Source: Eledone cirrhosa (lineage: Eukaryota). From it: DNA of 64,000 nucleotides. Numbering within the stretch: position 1 is the first letter of the stretch; every line of letters starts with the position of its first letter. The stretch lies in assembly GCA_964016885.1 (NCBI GenBank), contig OZ024741.1, positions 37,014,001-37,078,000 on the forward strand, in the 5' to 3' direction. Below, piece after piece: positions 25,679 to 38,289 of this stretch. Under the pieces are notes generated by a model. The model was given only the letters and a program-made list of their open reading frames with translations, had not been told where the DNA came from and made no database searches. Position numbers and translations under genes: made by a program.

Positions 25679-25949
25679 CAACAGTATCACCACCACCAAC
25701 AACACCATCACCACCACCACCAACACAAACAACACCACCACCACCACCAGCAACAACAACAACAGCATCACCACCACCAACAACACCATCACCACCACCA
25801 CCAACACAAACAACACCACCACCACCACCAGCAACAACAACAACAGCATCACCACCACCAACAACACCATCACCACCACCACCAACACAAACAACACCAC
25901 CACCACCACCAACAACAACAACACCAGCACCACCACCAACAACAACAAC

Positions 25950-25981
<32 letters not shown>

Positions 25982-26084
25982 CAGTACCACCACCACCAAC
26001 AACACCATCACCACCACCACCACCAACAACACCACCACCACCACCAACAACAACAACACCAGCACCACCACCAACAACAACAAC

Positions 26085-26116
<32 letters not shown>

Positions 26117-26312
26117 CAGTACCACCACCACCAACAACACCATCACCACCACCACCACCAACAACACCACCACCACCACCAACAACAACAACAGCACCAC
26201 CGCCACCAACAACACCACCACCACCACCACCACCACCACCACCACCAATACCACCACCACCACCACCAACAACACCACCACCACCTCCACCACCAACAAC
26301 AACAACAACACC

Positions 26313-26343
<31 letters not shown>

Positions 26344-26396
26344 GCAACACCACCACCACCACCACCACCAACAATAACAACACCACCACCACCTAC

Positions 26397-26427
<31 letters not shown>

Positions 26428-26438
26428 CCAACAACACC

Positions 26439-26469
<31 letters not shown>

Positions 26470-26522
26470 GCAACACCACCACCACCACCACCACCAACAA
26501 TAACAACACCACCACCACCTAC

Positions 26523-26553
<31 letters not shown>

Positions 26554-26856
26554 CCAACAACACCACCACCACCACCACCAGCAACAACAACAACACCACC
26601 ACCAACAACACCACCACCACCACCACCACCACTACCACCAACAACACCAACAACAACACCAACAACACCACCACCACCAACAACAACAACACCACCAACA
26701 CCACCACCACCAACAACAACAAAAACAACATCAACAACACCACCACCACCAACAACAACAACAACACCACCACCACCAACAACAACAACAACAACAACAC
26801 CACCACCACCACCACCACCACCAACAACAACAACACCACCACCAACAACAACATCA
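24664..26856. repeat. (CAC/AAC)n compound microsatellite, two tracts separated by a ~100-bp unique spacer (25405-25505)
   Basis: Direct reading; local higher-order periods of 81 bp (25681/25762/25843) and 135 bp (25981/26116). Confidence 0.93.
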
Positions 26857-26973
26857 GTATCAACAGTCAAAGACATGTAAACAATTTCAATGAGAAAGAT
26901 TGGATTTTTCGGTTTTTTTTTGGTGTTATTTTCCGTCCCAAAATCATTAAGGTCTTAATTCATGTTTAAAAGC

Positions 26974-26977
<4 letters not shown>

Positions 26978-27025
<48 letters not shown>

Positions 27026-27129
27026 TGACACATATACACTGACACATATAGACTGACACATACACACATCCTGACACACATGCACACACACACACACACA
27101 TACTGACACATACATACACGCACACAGAC

Positions 27130-27172
<43 letters not shown>

Positions 27173-27209
27173 GTGTGTGCGTGTGTGTGCGTGTGTATAC
27201 AAGTGTGTG

Positions 27210-27244
<35 letters not shown>

Positions 27245-27247
27245 ATG

Positions 27248-27295
<48 letters not shown>

Positions 27296-27304
27296 CATAC
27301 ATAC

Positions 27305-27357
<53 letters not shown>

Positions 27358-27398
27358 CACATATATATATATATATACATACACACACACACTTGTAT

Positions 27399-27437
<39 letters not shown>

Positions 27438-27680
27438 CATACACATATATATACATACGGACGTAAAATGATAATGATGATGATGATGATGACACACACA
27501 CATCCATATGTATATGGATGTGAATTGGTAAGCATATCTTTTTTGTCTCTTCCTCCCATCTCATTCTCTCTATATATACACACACCCATATATACTCATA
27601 CACACACATATATACTCATAAACACACATATATCCACATACACACACATATGTACACACATATATCCACATATTACATAG
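26978..27680. repeat. (CA)n/(TA)n compound microsatellite
   Basis: Direct reading. Confidence 0.93.
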
Positions 27681-28107
27681 CCCCACTGTGTCCAAACAGC
27701 TCACAGTTGTGCCACTGGTTGTATCCTGTGACATTTGACCTTCGCAGGGAGGAAATGCTGCCCTCTACCACCGGTAAATAGCGAAAATATAACAACTTTG
27801 AAAAATAAAAGGAATATTCTAGATAAGACTAAAACTTCCATTACATTGACATTTAGTGAAAGAATTTACCAATTGCTTCAACAAACTTCTCTGTATTGTC
27901 GGCTGTTTACGTTGTTGTACATATGTAAATATATATGTAGATATATGTAAATCTTTATTTAGCTGTGTAAGCATATGTGTCTGTGTGTGTGTATGTGTAT
28001 CCAAATATATGTGTATGTATATATATATATATATATATATGTGCCCATAAATATGTGTATGTGTGTATATTAATACACATATAAACATAAAATGCACACT
28101 CTCAGAC

Positions 28108-28154
<47 letters not shown>

Positions 28155-28216
28155 CTCTCTCTTTCTATATATATATATATCTATATCTATATATATATAT
28201 ATATATAAGTAGGAGT

Positions 28217-28273
<57 letters not shown>

Positions 28274-28459
28274 TAGGAGTACATCAGATTTCGGTCCTCA
28301 GCCCGAACACAGATACAGTTACATGAATCACCATGCACCAATACACAGTCATCTAAGTTGATTAATTCAAGCTGTAATTATTACAATCATAGAAAGATTT
28401 TTGTTTGTCTTCTCAATTTTACAAATAGCATGTAGATATGTTATATATAAGGTAGGACA

Positions 28460-29325
28460 GTGCAAGCTATGTACAGAGGTGCTGTCAGTAAAGTGAGGGT
28501 AGGAATGGAGTTTAGTGAGGAATTCCAGATACAAGTAGGAGTACATCAGGGTTCGGTCCTCAACCTGCTCTTGTTCATTATAGTCCTCCAAGCCATAACA
28601 GAGGAGTTTAAGACTGGCTGCCCATGGGAACTTCTCTATGCTGACAATCTGGTTCTTATATCAGCATCAGTAGAGGAGCTAGAGAATAAATTCTGACTGG
28701 AAACAGCAGTTGGAATCAAGAGGACTGACAGTGAACCTAGCTAAGACAAAAGTGTTGATGAGTAGAAAAGAGGACAAAACTCTGTTTCCGTCAGGGAAAT
28801 GGCCAAGTTCAAGATGCAGAAATGGAACTTGCATAAATTCTATAAAATGCACACGATGCAGATCTTGTGTACACAAGAGATGTAGTGGGATAGCAGGCAA
28901 ACTAACAGGTAGGGAAAAATCTGTATGCAGTAGATGTACAGGGAAATTAGACAGTAGAAGTCGCATTGATAGACACATTTTTTAAATGCAGGTGGGTGCT
29001 ATAGAAGTGGTTGATAGCTTCCGGTACCTAGGAGATCAGATTAGCATGGGAGGGGGTGTTCCGAGGTCATAGTATCTAGAATAAGGACGGGTTGGAAGAA
29101 GTTTAGGGAGCTGCTTCCTCTGCTGACAAAGAAGGGTTTCTCCCTGCGTATGAAAGGCCAGTTATATGATGCCTGTGTGAGGAACGCGATGCTGCATGGT
29201 AGTGAGACATGGGCAGCAACTGCAGAGAATATGCGACGGCTGGAGAGAAATGAGGCAAACATGTTCCGTTGGATGTGCAATGTCAATGTGCGTGAACGAC
29301 TGAGCATGAATGTGTTGAGAGAGAA
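28460..29325 (+). mobile_element. RTE-clade LINE fragment (RT motifs, PHD-like finger, thumb), degenerate
   Basis: Translates to QVGVHQGSVL, PWELLYADNL, VNLAKTKV, VHKRCSG and YDACVRNAMLHGSETW, with stops and frameshifts. Confidence 0.92.
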
Positions 29326-31028
29326 ACCGTGTAAGAGATGGATATGTTGAGAGAGAAACTGTGTAAGAGATGGATGTGTTGAGAGAGAAACCGTGTAAGA
29401 GATGGATGTGTTGAGAGAGAAACTGTGTAAGAGATGGATGTGTTGAGAGAGAAACTGTGTAAGAGATGGATGTGTTGAGAGAGAAACTGTGTAAGAGATG
29501 GATGTGTTGAGAAAGAAACTGTGTAAGAGATGGATGTGTTGAGAGAGAAACTGTGTAAGAGATGGATGTGTTGAGAGAGAAACTGTGTAAGAGATGGATG
29601 TGTTGAGAGAGAAACTGTGTAAGAGATGGATGTGTTAAGAGAGAAACTGTGTAAGAGATGGATGTGTTGAGAGAGAAACCGTGTAAGAGATGGATGTGTT
29701 GAGAGAGAAACCGTGTAAGAGATGGATGTGTTGAGAGAGAAACCGTGTAAGAGATGGATGTGTTGAGAGAGAAACTGTGTAAGAGATGGATGTGTTGAGA
29801 GAGAAACTGTGTAAGAGATGGATGTGTTGAGAGAGAAACTGTGTAAGAGATGGATGTGTTGAGAGAGAAACTGTGTAAGAGATGGATGTGTTGAGAGAGA
29901 AACCGTGTAAGAGATGGATGTGTTGAGAGAGAAACCGTGTAAGAGATGGATGTGTTGAGAGAGAAACCGTGTAAGAGATGGATATGTTGAGAGAGAAATT
30001 GTGTAAGAGATGGATGTGTTGAGAGAGAAACTGTGTAAGAGATGGATGTGTTGAGAGAGAAACTGTGTAAGAGATGGATGTGTTGAGAGAGAAACTGTGT
30101 AAGAGATGGATGTGTTGAGAAAGAAACTGTGTAAGAGATGGATGTGTTGAGAGAGAAACTGTGTAAGAGATGGATATGTTGAGAGAGAAACCGTGTAAGA
30201 GATGGATGTGTTGAGAGAGAAACTGTGTAAGAGATGGATGTGTTGAGAGAGAAATTGTGTAAGAGATGGATGTGTTGAGAGAGAAACTGTGTAAGAGATG
30301 GATGTGTTGAGAGAGAAACTGTGTAAGAGATGGATGTGTTGAGAGAGAAACTGTGTAAGAGATGGATGTGTTGAGAGAGAAACTGTGTAAGAGATGGATG
30401 TGTTGAGAAAGAAACTGTGTAAGAGATGGATGTGTTGAGAGAGAAACTGTGTAAGAGATGGATGTGTTGAGAGAGAAACTGTGTAAGAGATGGATGTGTT
30501 GAGAGAGAAACTGTGTAAGAGATGGATGTGTTGAGAGAGAAACTGTGTAAGAGATGGATGTGTTGAGAGAGAAACTGTGTAAGAGATGGATGTGTTGAGA
30601 GAGAAATTGTGTAAGAGATGGATGTGTTGAGAGAGAAACTGTGTAAGAGATGGATGTGTTGAGAGAGAAACTGTGTAAGAGATGGATGTGTTGAGAGAGA
30701 AACTGTGTAAGAGATGGATGTGTTGAGAGAGTAACTGTGTAAGAGATGGATGTGTTGAGAAAGAAACTGTGTAAGAGATGGATGTGTTGAGAGAGAAACT
30801 GCGTAAGAGATGGATGTGTTGAGAGAGAAACTGTGTAAGAGATGGATGTGTTGAGAGAGAAACTGTGTAAGAGATGGATGTGTTGAGAGAGAAACTGTGT
30901 AAGAGATGGATGTGTTGAGAGAGAAACTGTGTAAGAGATGGATGTGTTGAGAGAGAAACTGTGTAAGAGATGGATGTGTTGAGAGAGAAACTGTGTAAGA
31001 GATGGATGTGTTGAGAGAGAAACTGTGT
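29310..31028 (+). repeat. 32-bp minisatellite (~54 copies) GATGTGTTGAGAGAGAAACTGTGTAAGAGATG, derived from the RTE ORF
   Basis: Exact 32-bp period; the first unit continues the LINE frame (…SMNVLREK). Confidence 0.95.
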
Positions 31029-31039
31029 CGGAGAAATAA

Positions 31040-33995
31040 ACTAACCATTTACAACACAAATTTCAGGAAGCCAGCTAACCATCTGATCTCATCAAGCAGG
31101 TGAACACAAAAGCCAAATTAATTAATTACTTGTAAGACAGGATAAACGGACTGTAATAAACACTAAGGCCTTCCCTGAGGAAGAATGCACTGCCCAAGCA
31201 GACTGTAATAAATACTAAGGCCTTCCCTGGGGAAGAATGGACTGCCCAAACAGACTGTAATAAACACTCAGGCCTTCCCTGGGGAAGAATGCACTGCCCA
31301 AACAGACTGTAATAAACACTAAGGCCTTCCCTGGGGAAGAATGCACTGCCCAAACAGACTGTAATAAATACTAAGGCCTTCCCTGTGGAAGAATGCACTG
31401 CCCAAGCAGACTGTAATAAACACTAAGGCCTTCCCTGGGGAAGAATGCACTGCCCAAACAGACTCTAATAAATACTAAGGCCTTCCTGGGGAAGAATGCA
31501 CTGCCCAAACAGACTGTAATAAATACTAAGGCAGTTCCCTGGGGAAGAATGCACTGCCCAAACAGACTGTAATAAATACTAAGGCCTTCCCTGGGGAAGA
31601 ATGCACTGCCCAAACAGACTGTAATAAACACTAAGGCCTTCCCTGGGGAAGAATGCACTGCTCAACACAAGTTAGTTATTAGCGACATCAAAATAAGCAC
31701 AAGATAGAACAAGATATGCAGGAAAATATGGAGACAGAGGATTTAGAAGCTAAAGGACCTTTAGAAAGGTCTATGGGATGTATTTGATGAGAGAAATGAC
31801 GAGCTAGATACATATAATCTAGAGGACAACTGGAAATTCTTGTGACAACCTTTTGCAAACTACTGATGGGGCGTGTGGCTGAAGTAGAGCTCCAGCCAGA
31901 CAGAGGGTGACCTGGTGGTGGAACAGCTCAGTGGATAGAGCCAAGAGACAGGCATGGAAATACTGGAAAAATGGGGGTAGCAGAGACCGGTACCAGGTGG
32001 CTTAGAGAGAAGCTGAATGACAGGTAGACAGCTTGGAGGCAGGAGAAAGAAAGTTTGCCAACATTTTGAGACGAGAGGATCAGAGATGCAAAGTGTTCCA
32101 CATAAAAGGTAGTGTGTCAGTGTAAATCGAGATGTTGCTGGGGAAAAATGTGTTAGAAATGACTCTGGTGCACTTAGCACCACTGATGCTCAAAAGAAGG
32201 AGGCCTGGAAATGTTACTATGAGAGACTGATGAATGTACAGAATGGGAGGAAGAGAAACTACCCCAACCCACACAATAGAAGGGCCAGCCATTGAAGTTG
32301 ATGGTTATAGGGTTAAAAAGGCAATTAAGGAGATGAATGGTAAAGCTGCAGGACCATCAGAAATAGTTGCTAAGATGTTAAAAACATAGGGAGAGGTAAG
32401 AGTCAAACTAGTAACCTGCATAGTCACTCAAATAATCATGACAGAGTTATACCCAATGACTGGCACAGTAGTACAACCATAAACTGCTACAAGGGCAAAG
32501 GTGATGCTCTAGAGAGGAGCAACTATAGAGGAATAAACTAATGGACCAAGTTATGAAAGTGATGGAAAGAGTTATAGTGCAGCTAATTAGAAAAATACTA
32601 AAAATAGATGAGATACAGTTTGGTTTTATGCATGGAAAAAGTACTACAGATGCACTTTTCTTAGGGAGGCAACTACAAGAGAAGTTCCTAGCCAAAAATA
32701 AGCCACTATACCTAGCTTTTGTTGATCTAAAAAGACCACTGACAGAGTACCTTGATCTATTATCGGGTGGTCCTTAAGGAAATTAGGTATAGAAGAATGG
32801 CTTGTGAGAGCAGTGCAAGCTATGTACAGAGGAGTTGACAGTAAAGTGAGAGTAGGAAGTGAGTTTAGTGAGGAATTCAAGGTACAAGTAGGAGTTCATC
32901 AGGGTTCAGTTCTTAGCCCACTACTATTCATTTTAGTTCTCCAGGCTATAACAGAAGATTTTAAGACCGGCTGCCCATGGGAACCTCTTTATGCAGATGA
33001 TCTAGTCTTTATGGCTGAATTCATTAAAGAACTAGAAGATAAGTTCTGACTATGGAAATAGAATTTGGAATCAAAAGGTTTGAGAGTAAACTTAGCCAAA
33101 ACTAAAGTACGAGTGAGTAAGAGAGAAGATAGGACCCTGATCCCTTCAGGGAAGTGACCCTGCTCAATAAGAAGAAAGGAAGTAGGCATAAACTCCATTC
33201 GATATACACAGTGTAAATCTTGGGTACACAAGATGTAGTGGGATAACGAGTAGTTTAACAGGAAAGGAAGACTTTGTATGTAGAAAATGCACAGGGATAG
33301 CAGGGGGAGGGGGGGGGGTGTGTGTGAGTGCCAGTGATGTAAGCTTATTCCATTAAAAAAGGACCCATGAAAAGGGTCAATAGCTTCTGCTATCTAGGTG
33401 ACTTAATTAGCAATGGAGGAGGGTGTTCTGAGAGCTTACTAGCTAGAATAAGGATAGGATGGGAAAAGTTTAGAGAGCTACTCCCACTGTTGACAACAAA
33501 AGGTTTCTCCCTATGTACAAAAGGATGACTGTATGATGAATGTGTGCGAAGTGTGATGCTGCATGGTAGTGAAACATGGGCAGTGATTGCAGAAGACATG
33601 CATAGATTGGAGAGAAATGAACCAACCATGCTTCATTGGATGTGCAACATAAATGTGAGAAAAAGGCAGAGTTTGGATGAAGTAAGGGAGAAGCTCGATT
33701 TAAGAGGAATCCGAAGGGGTGTGCAGGAGAGAAAGCTGCATTGTTGTGGAGATGTGATGTGCATGGACAATGACCACTGGGTGAAGAAGTGCCAGGAAAT
33801 ACCAGCAGAAGGAAGCCACAGGAGAGGTAAACCAAGAAAGACCTGGGTAGAGGTTGTGAGAGTTGACCTCAAATCATTGAGACTCATAGAGGAGATGACG
33901 AATGAATGCAGCAAGTGGAGAGATGCTGTGCTGAGAAAGACCCATCCAATCCATGCCACCATGGAAAAATGGAATTTAAAATGATGATGATAATA
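31040..33995 (+). mobile_element. RTE-clade LINE, 5'-truncated within the APE endonuclease, through RT to the (TGA/TAA)n tail; pseudogenised
   Basis: NTNFRKPANHL, QFGFMHGKSTTDA, LAFVDL, GVHQGSVLSPLLF, LYADDLV, MLHGSETW, RGKPRKTW; many stops and frameshifts. Confidence 0.93.
31149..31665 (+). repeat. 52-bp minisatellite (~10 copies) amplified from the RTE endonuclease C-terminus
   Basis: Unit GACTGTAATAAACACTAAGGCCTTCCCTGGGGAAGAATGCACTGCCCAAACA; the last copy reads TVINTKAFPGEECTAQHKLVISD, homologous to 51175-51250. Confidence 0.92.
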
Positions 33996-34155
33996 ATAAG
34001 GATATAATATTCACCATCATCACTGTCTTATGCTTGTTTTCTATGCTGGCATGGGTTGGATGGGTTGTCATACTCTAAACCTAGATAGGTCAGATGACCA
34101 TATCTTGCTCATATGTCCAATTTTGGCATGGTTTCTACAGTTGGTAGGAATAGAG

Positions 34156-34191
34156 TCTTAACATTTCGGACACTAGTCCTTCATCAGAAGA
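34156..34191 (-). ncRNA. Minimal type I hammerhead ribozyme-like motif
   Basis: Minus strand reads TCTT-CTGATGA-A-GGAC-TAGT-GTCC-GAAA-TGT-TA-AGA. GAAATGTTA looks like a CpG-decayed GAAACGTTA (palindromic helix III). Confidence 0.7.
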
Positions 34192-34556
34192 TGGAATGAG
34201 ATGTGAAAGAAGAAATAGAACGATAGGAGAGGAAGAAATTGAAAAAAAGTTTCTCTTTAAGAAAAAGTTTGTGCATGTTCAGTCAGCCATTTTGGAGCAA
34301 TATAAAATTGATTTCTGTCTAGATTCAAAACCTGGAACTCTTCAATTGCTTTCACACCAGATATCAACCAATGAACCCCAACAACGTAAACAGCAGATGT
34401 TTTACTGGAAGTAAACAACAGGTATTTTTCTACTCAGAGAGAATCACAAGACATACAGTTGTCCATAACAAGTCATAGGTGATTTCTCACTTCTATATAA
34501 AGAGGCTTGAAAGCCAAAACATCAGATGGCAATAAACAACACAATTTAGATCACTA

Positions 34557-34800
34557 AATCCTTTCTCTCACTCTTTCTCTCCCTACTCCATCTCTCTTTC
34601 TCTCTCTCTCTCTGTCTGGTCTCTTGCTCTCTTTCTCCCTCATCTTTTCCCTATCTCTCCTGTCTCTCTCACTTTCTTCCTCTCTCTCCCCTGTCTCTCT
34701 CTCTCTCTCTTTCTTCTTCATTCTCTCTGCCTGGTTGCTCGCACTCTCTCTTTCTCCCCCTCTATCCCTCAACCCCTCTCTCTCACCCTCATTCTCTCCT
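34557..34800. repeat. (CT)n-rich tract
   Basis: Direct reading. Confidence 0.9.
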
Positions 34801-34937
34801 GATCTGAAATCAAACCCATCTAACATAAACTCACTGAACTGTGCTCACACCATATGTATTTGCATGAACGCTTTTAAATATCACATATTTTCTATCATTA
34901 TGTTGTTATAATTCAATTTAATCATATTTGTTATTGA

Positions 34938-35215
34938 AGGCATGTGGCCTAGTGGTAAGGGTGTTGGACTTATGATCATAATGTTGTGGGTTCGATTCCT
35001 GGTTTGTGTGTTGTGTTCTAGAGCAAAACACTTCATTTCACATTGCTCCAGTATACTCAGCTGAAAATGAATACCAGCAATAACTGGGGGGTTAACCCTG
35101 CGATGGACTGGCATCCTGTCCAGGAGAAGTCTTGTCTCTCAGTTGCTTAATGCCACGAAACCGGGATAAACACCGGCCTGAAGAGCCTCCTGGCTTGAGA
35201 TAGACATTTGACTAG
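34938..35215 (+). mobile_element. tRNA-derived SINE family B (CORE-like plus Meta-like central domains)
   Basis: A-box TGGCCTAGTGG, B-box GGTTCGATTCC, then GAGCAAAACACTTCATTTCACATTGCTCCAG and AACCCTGCGATGGACTGGCATCCTGTCCAGG...GAAACCGGG. Domain names are from memory of published SINE superfamilies. Confidence 0.8.
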
Positions 35216-35247
35216 ACTATTGAAGATCATATATAATCGTTTCTGAT

Positions 35248-35435
35248 TTAGGCACAAGGGGAAAGTTGATTAAATAGACCCCAGTGTGTTACTGGTATTT
35301 TAATTTATTGACCCCTGTAATGATGGAAGGCAAAGCTAACCTCGGTGGGATTTGAACTCAGAACGTAAGGGGCTGTAACTCTATGCACAACGCATGTTGT
35401 CTAATAATCTACTAATTACTGCCAAAACACCACCC
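35248..35435 (-). mobile_element. SINE family A copy
   Basis: Reverse complement of the 22975 element (GGATTTGAACTCAGAAC, CTGGTATTTTAATTTATTGACCCC). Confidence 0.8.
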
Positions 35436-35540
35436 TATATTATAGATAAGAATCTCAACAACGGGTTACTGTTTTTTATGTTTTTCTTGAATTCTATGAG
35501 TCATCTTCCATCACCAACACACAAATATCCAGTTTCACTT

Positions 35541-35790
35541 CATATATATATATGATGGCTGCAAACTCGTGTTCGAGTATTGCCATTGCCCGATAAAATG
35601 TGCAAAAATGTGAGGCACAAATGTGTCTCTTTAAACCAGCCAAAGACTTGCATCCTCTGGCACACACATGGCAACTGTAGGCTCTTCTGGGACTTTCCCT
35701 TGCTTTGTTTTGGCTGTGCGTTCTCATATGTCTTTAAGACCTCCCATGTTTGCACATTCCTTGTCACATTCCTTATACCATATTAAATCA
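35541..35790 (-). mobile_element. 3' end of a LINE (RTE/BovB-like) encoding two C2H2 zinc fingers
   Basis: ECDKECANMGGLK/RHMRTH (frameshift) then CHVCARGCKSLAGLKRH; terminal hairpin CTCG-AACA-CGAG and CAT(AT)n tail. Confidence 0.6.
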
Positions 35791-35846
35791 GGGGTAACCA
35801 CAGTAATAAGGTACTCAATACATCAGTAGAATGAAAACATCAACAT

Positions 35847-35923
<77 letters not shown>

Positions 35924-35944
35924 TTATGTATATTCGTGTGGATA

Positions 35945-36335
35945 TATGTTGTGTATAGTTGATGATCATTGGGTGAATAAGTGCCAGGAATTCCTGATGA
36001 AAGGGAGCTGCAGTAGAAGAAGACCAAGGCAGAAGTGGTGAATGCAGTTTTCAAAACTACTGAACCCCACAGAGGAGATGATGGAAGCTATGCTGGAATA
36101 GACCCTCATATCCATTCAAGTATGGAAAAGCAGATGTAAAAAAGATGATAATGATTGTATTTATATAAAAAGCACTCAATCCTCACTCTAAATGTAGAGC
36201 ATCTAGCTGTAGAAACCAAGCCAGAAACGGTTCTGTGTGAGCAAGACACAGTCATCTGATATAACTTGTCTCACAACATGACAACCTGTCTAACCTATGC
36301 TAGCATATGAATGTTAAACAGTGGTGATGATATAT
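35945..36335 (+). mobile_element. Degenerate RTE 3' end and RTE-tail SINE fragment
   Basis: GGGTGAATAAGTGCCAGG...AGACCAAG, GCATCTAGCTGTAGAAACC and AACCTATGCTAGCAT match other RTE 3' ends in the window. Confidence 0.6.
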
Positions 36336-36368
36336 GTGTGTTTATATATGATCATCATCATTGTTTAA

Positions 36369-36589
36369 TCCTTTAGCATTTACATTACTCTATATACACT
36401 GTTTTGTTTTTGTGGTAAATGTTTTATCTTACATAATTATCTCATATAATATCGAATCTACAAAATTTTGATATTATTTATTTTGACAACAATACATTAA
36501 TATAAGTATGAGTGGCCAGTTATGGCTGGTTTGAACAGAAATAGGTGAGAGAATTATGGCCGGATATAGCTGGTTTAAATGCTAAAGGA
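36369..36589. mobile_element. piggyBac-type MITE, 221 bp (copy 3, TCC termini)
   Basis: TTAA|TCCTTTAGCATTTA ... TAAATGCTAAAGGA|TTAA; homologous to copies 1 and 2. Confidence 0.88.
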
Positions 36590-36689
36590 TTAACATCTAT
36601 TTTTCATTCTTGGATGGGTGAGATGGGTTCTCACATGCCTCATTTCTTTCCCATCTTTGTTTATCATCTGTACACAAAGTCCAAGTTTT

Positions 36690-37090
36690 ACTTCCATGCA
36701 GCATTGCCATTTACACACAAGCATCATACAATCTACCTTTTAGTCTGAGCTGAGAGAGAGACTTTTTGTAGCCAGCAGAGGTAATAGCTCCCTGAATTTT
36801 TTCCAGCCAGTCCTCACTCTGGTTACTCTACTTTCAGAACACCCACCCAAATGCTAATATGTTCCTCTAGGTAGCAGAAACAGTCAGCAATATCTAGGGA
36901 GCCATCTGAGCATTTGTTTTCTGTGAGCTCTTGCTGGTTACTGGTCCTGTGCATCAGCCACATACAAAGTCTACATTCTTTGCTAGTCTGCCTGCGAACT
37001 CATTACATCTCTTTTGTACCCCTAACTTACATTTTGTTGATAAGATGGAATTTCTTCCTACTCCTTTTCTTGCATACCAAGCAAGGCTAT
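36690..37090 (-). mobile_element. RTE LINE fragment (PHD-like finger/thumb region)
   Basis: RKGVGRNSILSTKCK...KRC; reverse complement gives RVRTGWKKFRELLPLL and GRLYDACV. Confidence 0.85.
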
Positions 37091-37139
37091 ACATAAGCAT
37101 GCATATATGTATAAATGTGTGCGTGTATGTGTGCATGTG

Positions 37140-37171
<32 letters not shown>

Positions 37172-37242
37172 ATATATATAAAGAAAGAAGAGTAACATGG
37201 TAGGCTGTACAATAAGGGTTTTATTTAAAGTACTGATCAGGT

Positions 37243-37325
37243 GTGTCTAGAGTTCGCTAATCACTTGGTGCTGTGTCAATCGATCTCCAATACATTGTTT
37301 ATAACTGTTCAACTCATCAGAGCAC
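37243..37325 (-). ncRNA. Degenerate hammerhead-like motif
   Basis: GTGCT-CTGATGA-GTTGA...TTAGC-GAAC-TC-TA-GACAC: core box 1 is intact, GAAA is mutated, helix I is imperfect. Confidence 0.35.
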
Positions 37326-38250
37326 TTAGAAATGAAAATAATTTACTTGAGGCAAGACTTATATAGAAAAGTAGCATAACACCAAAACAATAACATCAAT
37401 AATAAAATCACTAATAAAATAGCGTTGAAATAAAACAATAAACATCAATAGTAAAACATGTAAATAGATGGAGAAGTTACAGATGGAAATCAGTAAAATC
37501 GGATAGGGTACATTAAAAAGTAATAGTACTAATAAGAAGAGGAGGAGATGGAGAATACAAAGAAATAAAAAAATAAAAAATAATAAAATAAAGGAATAAA
37601 GGGGTCAGATAGTGTACATAGAATTAGATTTTAGTAGATTTTGAGAAAATGTTTTTGGTGCTATCATGAGAAACCAGATTTGAGGTATAGACAAGTTTGT
37701 GTGGAGGGTCGGGCAGAGGAGAAACAATAAATTAGAGATTAATTGATTTATGATACTTATGAGTTGACAGGGCTTTTGGCAAATGTTTGCTGGTTGTACT
37801 ATCTTAAAGAGTTTGGTGGAGAGAAGGTGGAAGAAGTGTATAGAGATTTATGGTCCAGTGATTTGTTGGCATTTTGATAGCTAATAGTGGTGCTATAGTG
37901 TATATTCTATATGTTAAAATCTAGGTGGTTCAGTATTAATTTTGGGATTGCTGGTTCAAATCATGGTCGTTTGAAGTTCGTAAATTTAGTAGCTATTTTA
38001 TGCCTGCAGAAAATGGATTTTTCTATTTTGCTGTTGAGCAGCATCCTAGCGTCAATTAGAATATGTAGCAGTTCTAAATTACAGAGCCCGCAGTGGGACA
38101 TACCGGAGTACTCTAACTAGATTACCTCTAACTGGATTACCTATAATGATAACTTGTTATCCCATATATATATATATCATTATCATCATCATTTAATGTC
38201 TATTTTCCATGCTAGCATGGGTTATATATGCATATAAATATATGTAGATA

Positions 38251-38289
<39 letters not shown>

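Noticed and set aside
20402-27680. His/Thr/Asn/Gly-rich and YI-repeat ORFs (also at 39.4, 45.2-47.9 and 59 kb)
   Set aside because: Translations of tri- and dinucleotide microsatellites.
29162-31665. CRISPR-like arrays or 628/474-aa repeat proteins
   Set aside because: The units are contiguous with no unique spacers, there are no cas genes, and the context is eukaryotic. The ORFs are translations of LINE-derived minisatellites.
35494-35790. Host C2H2 zinc-finger gene
   Set aside because: Only two fingers, a frameshift, no TGEKP linker, and a LINE-type hairpin and microsatellite tail follow directly.
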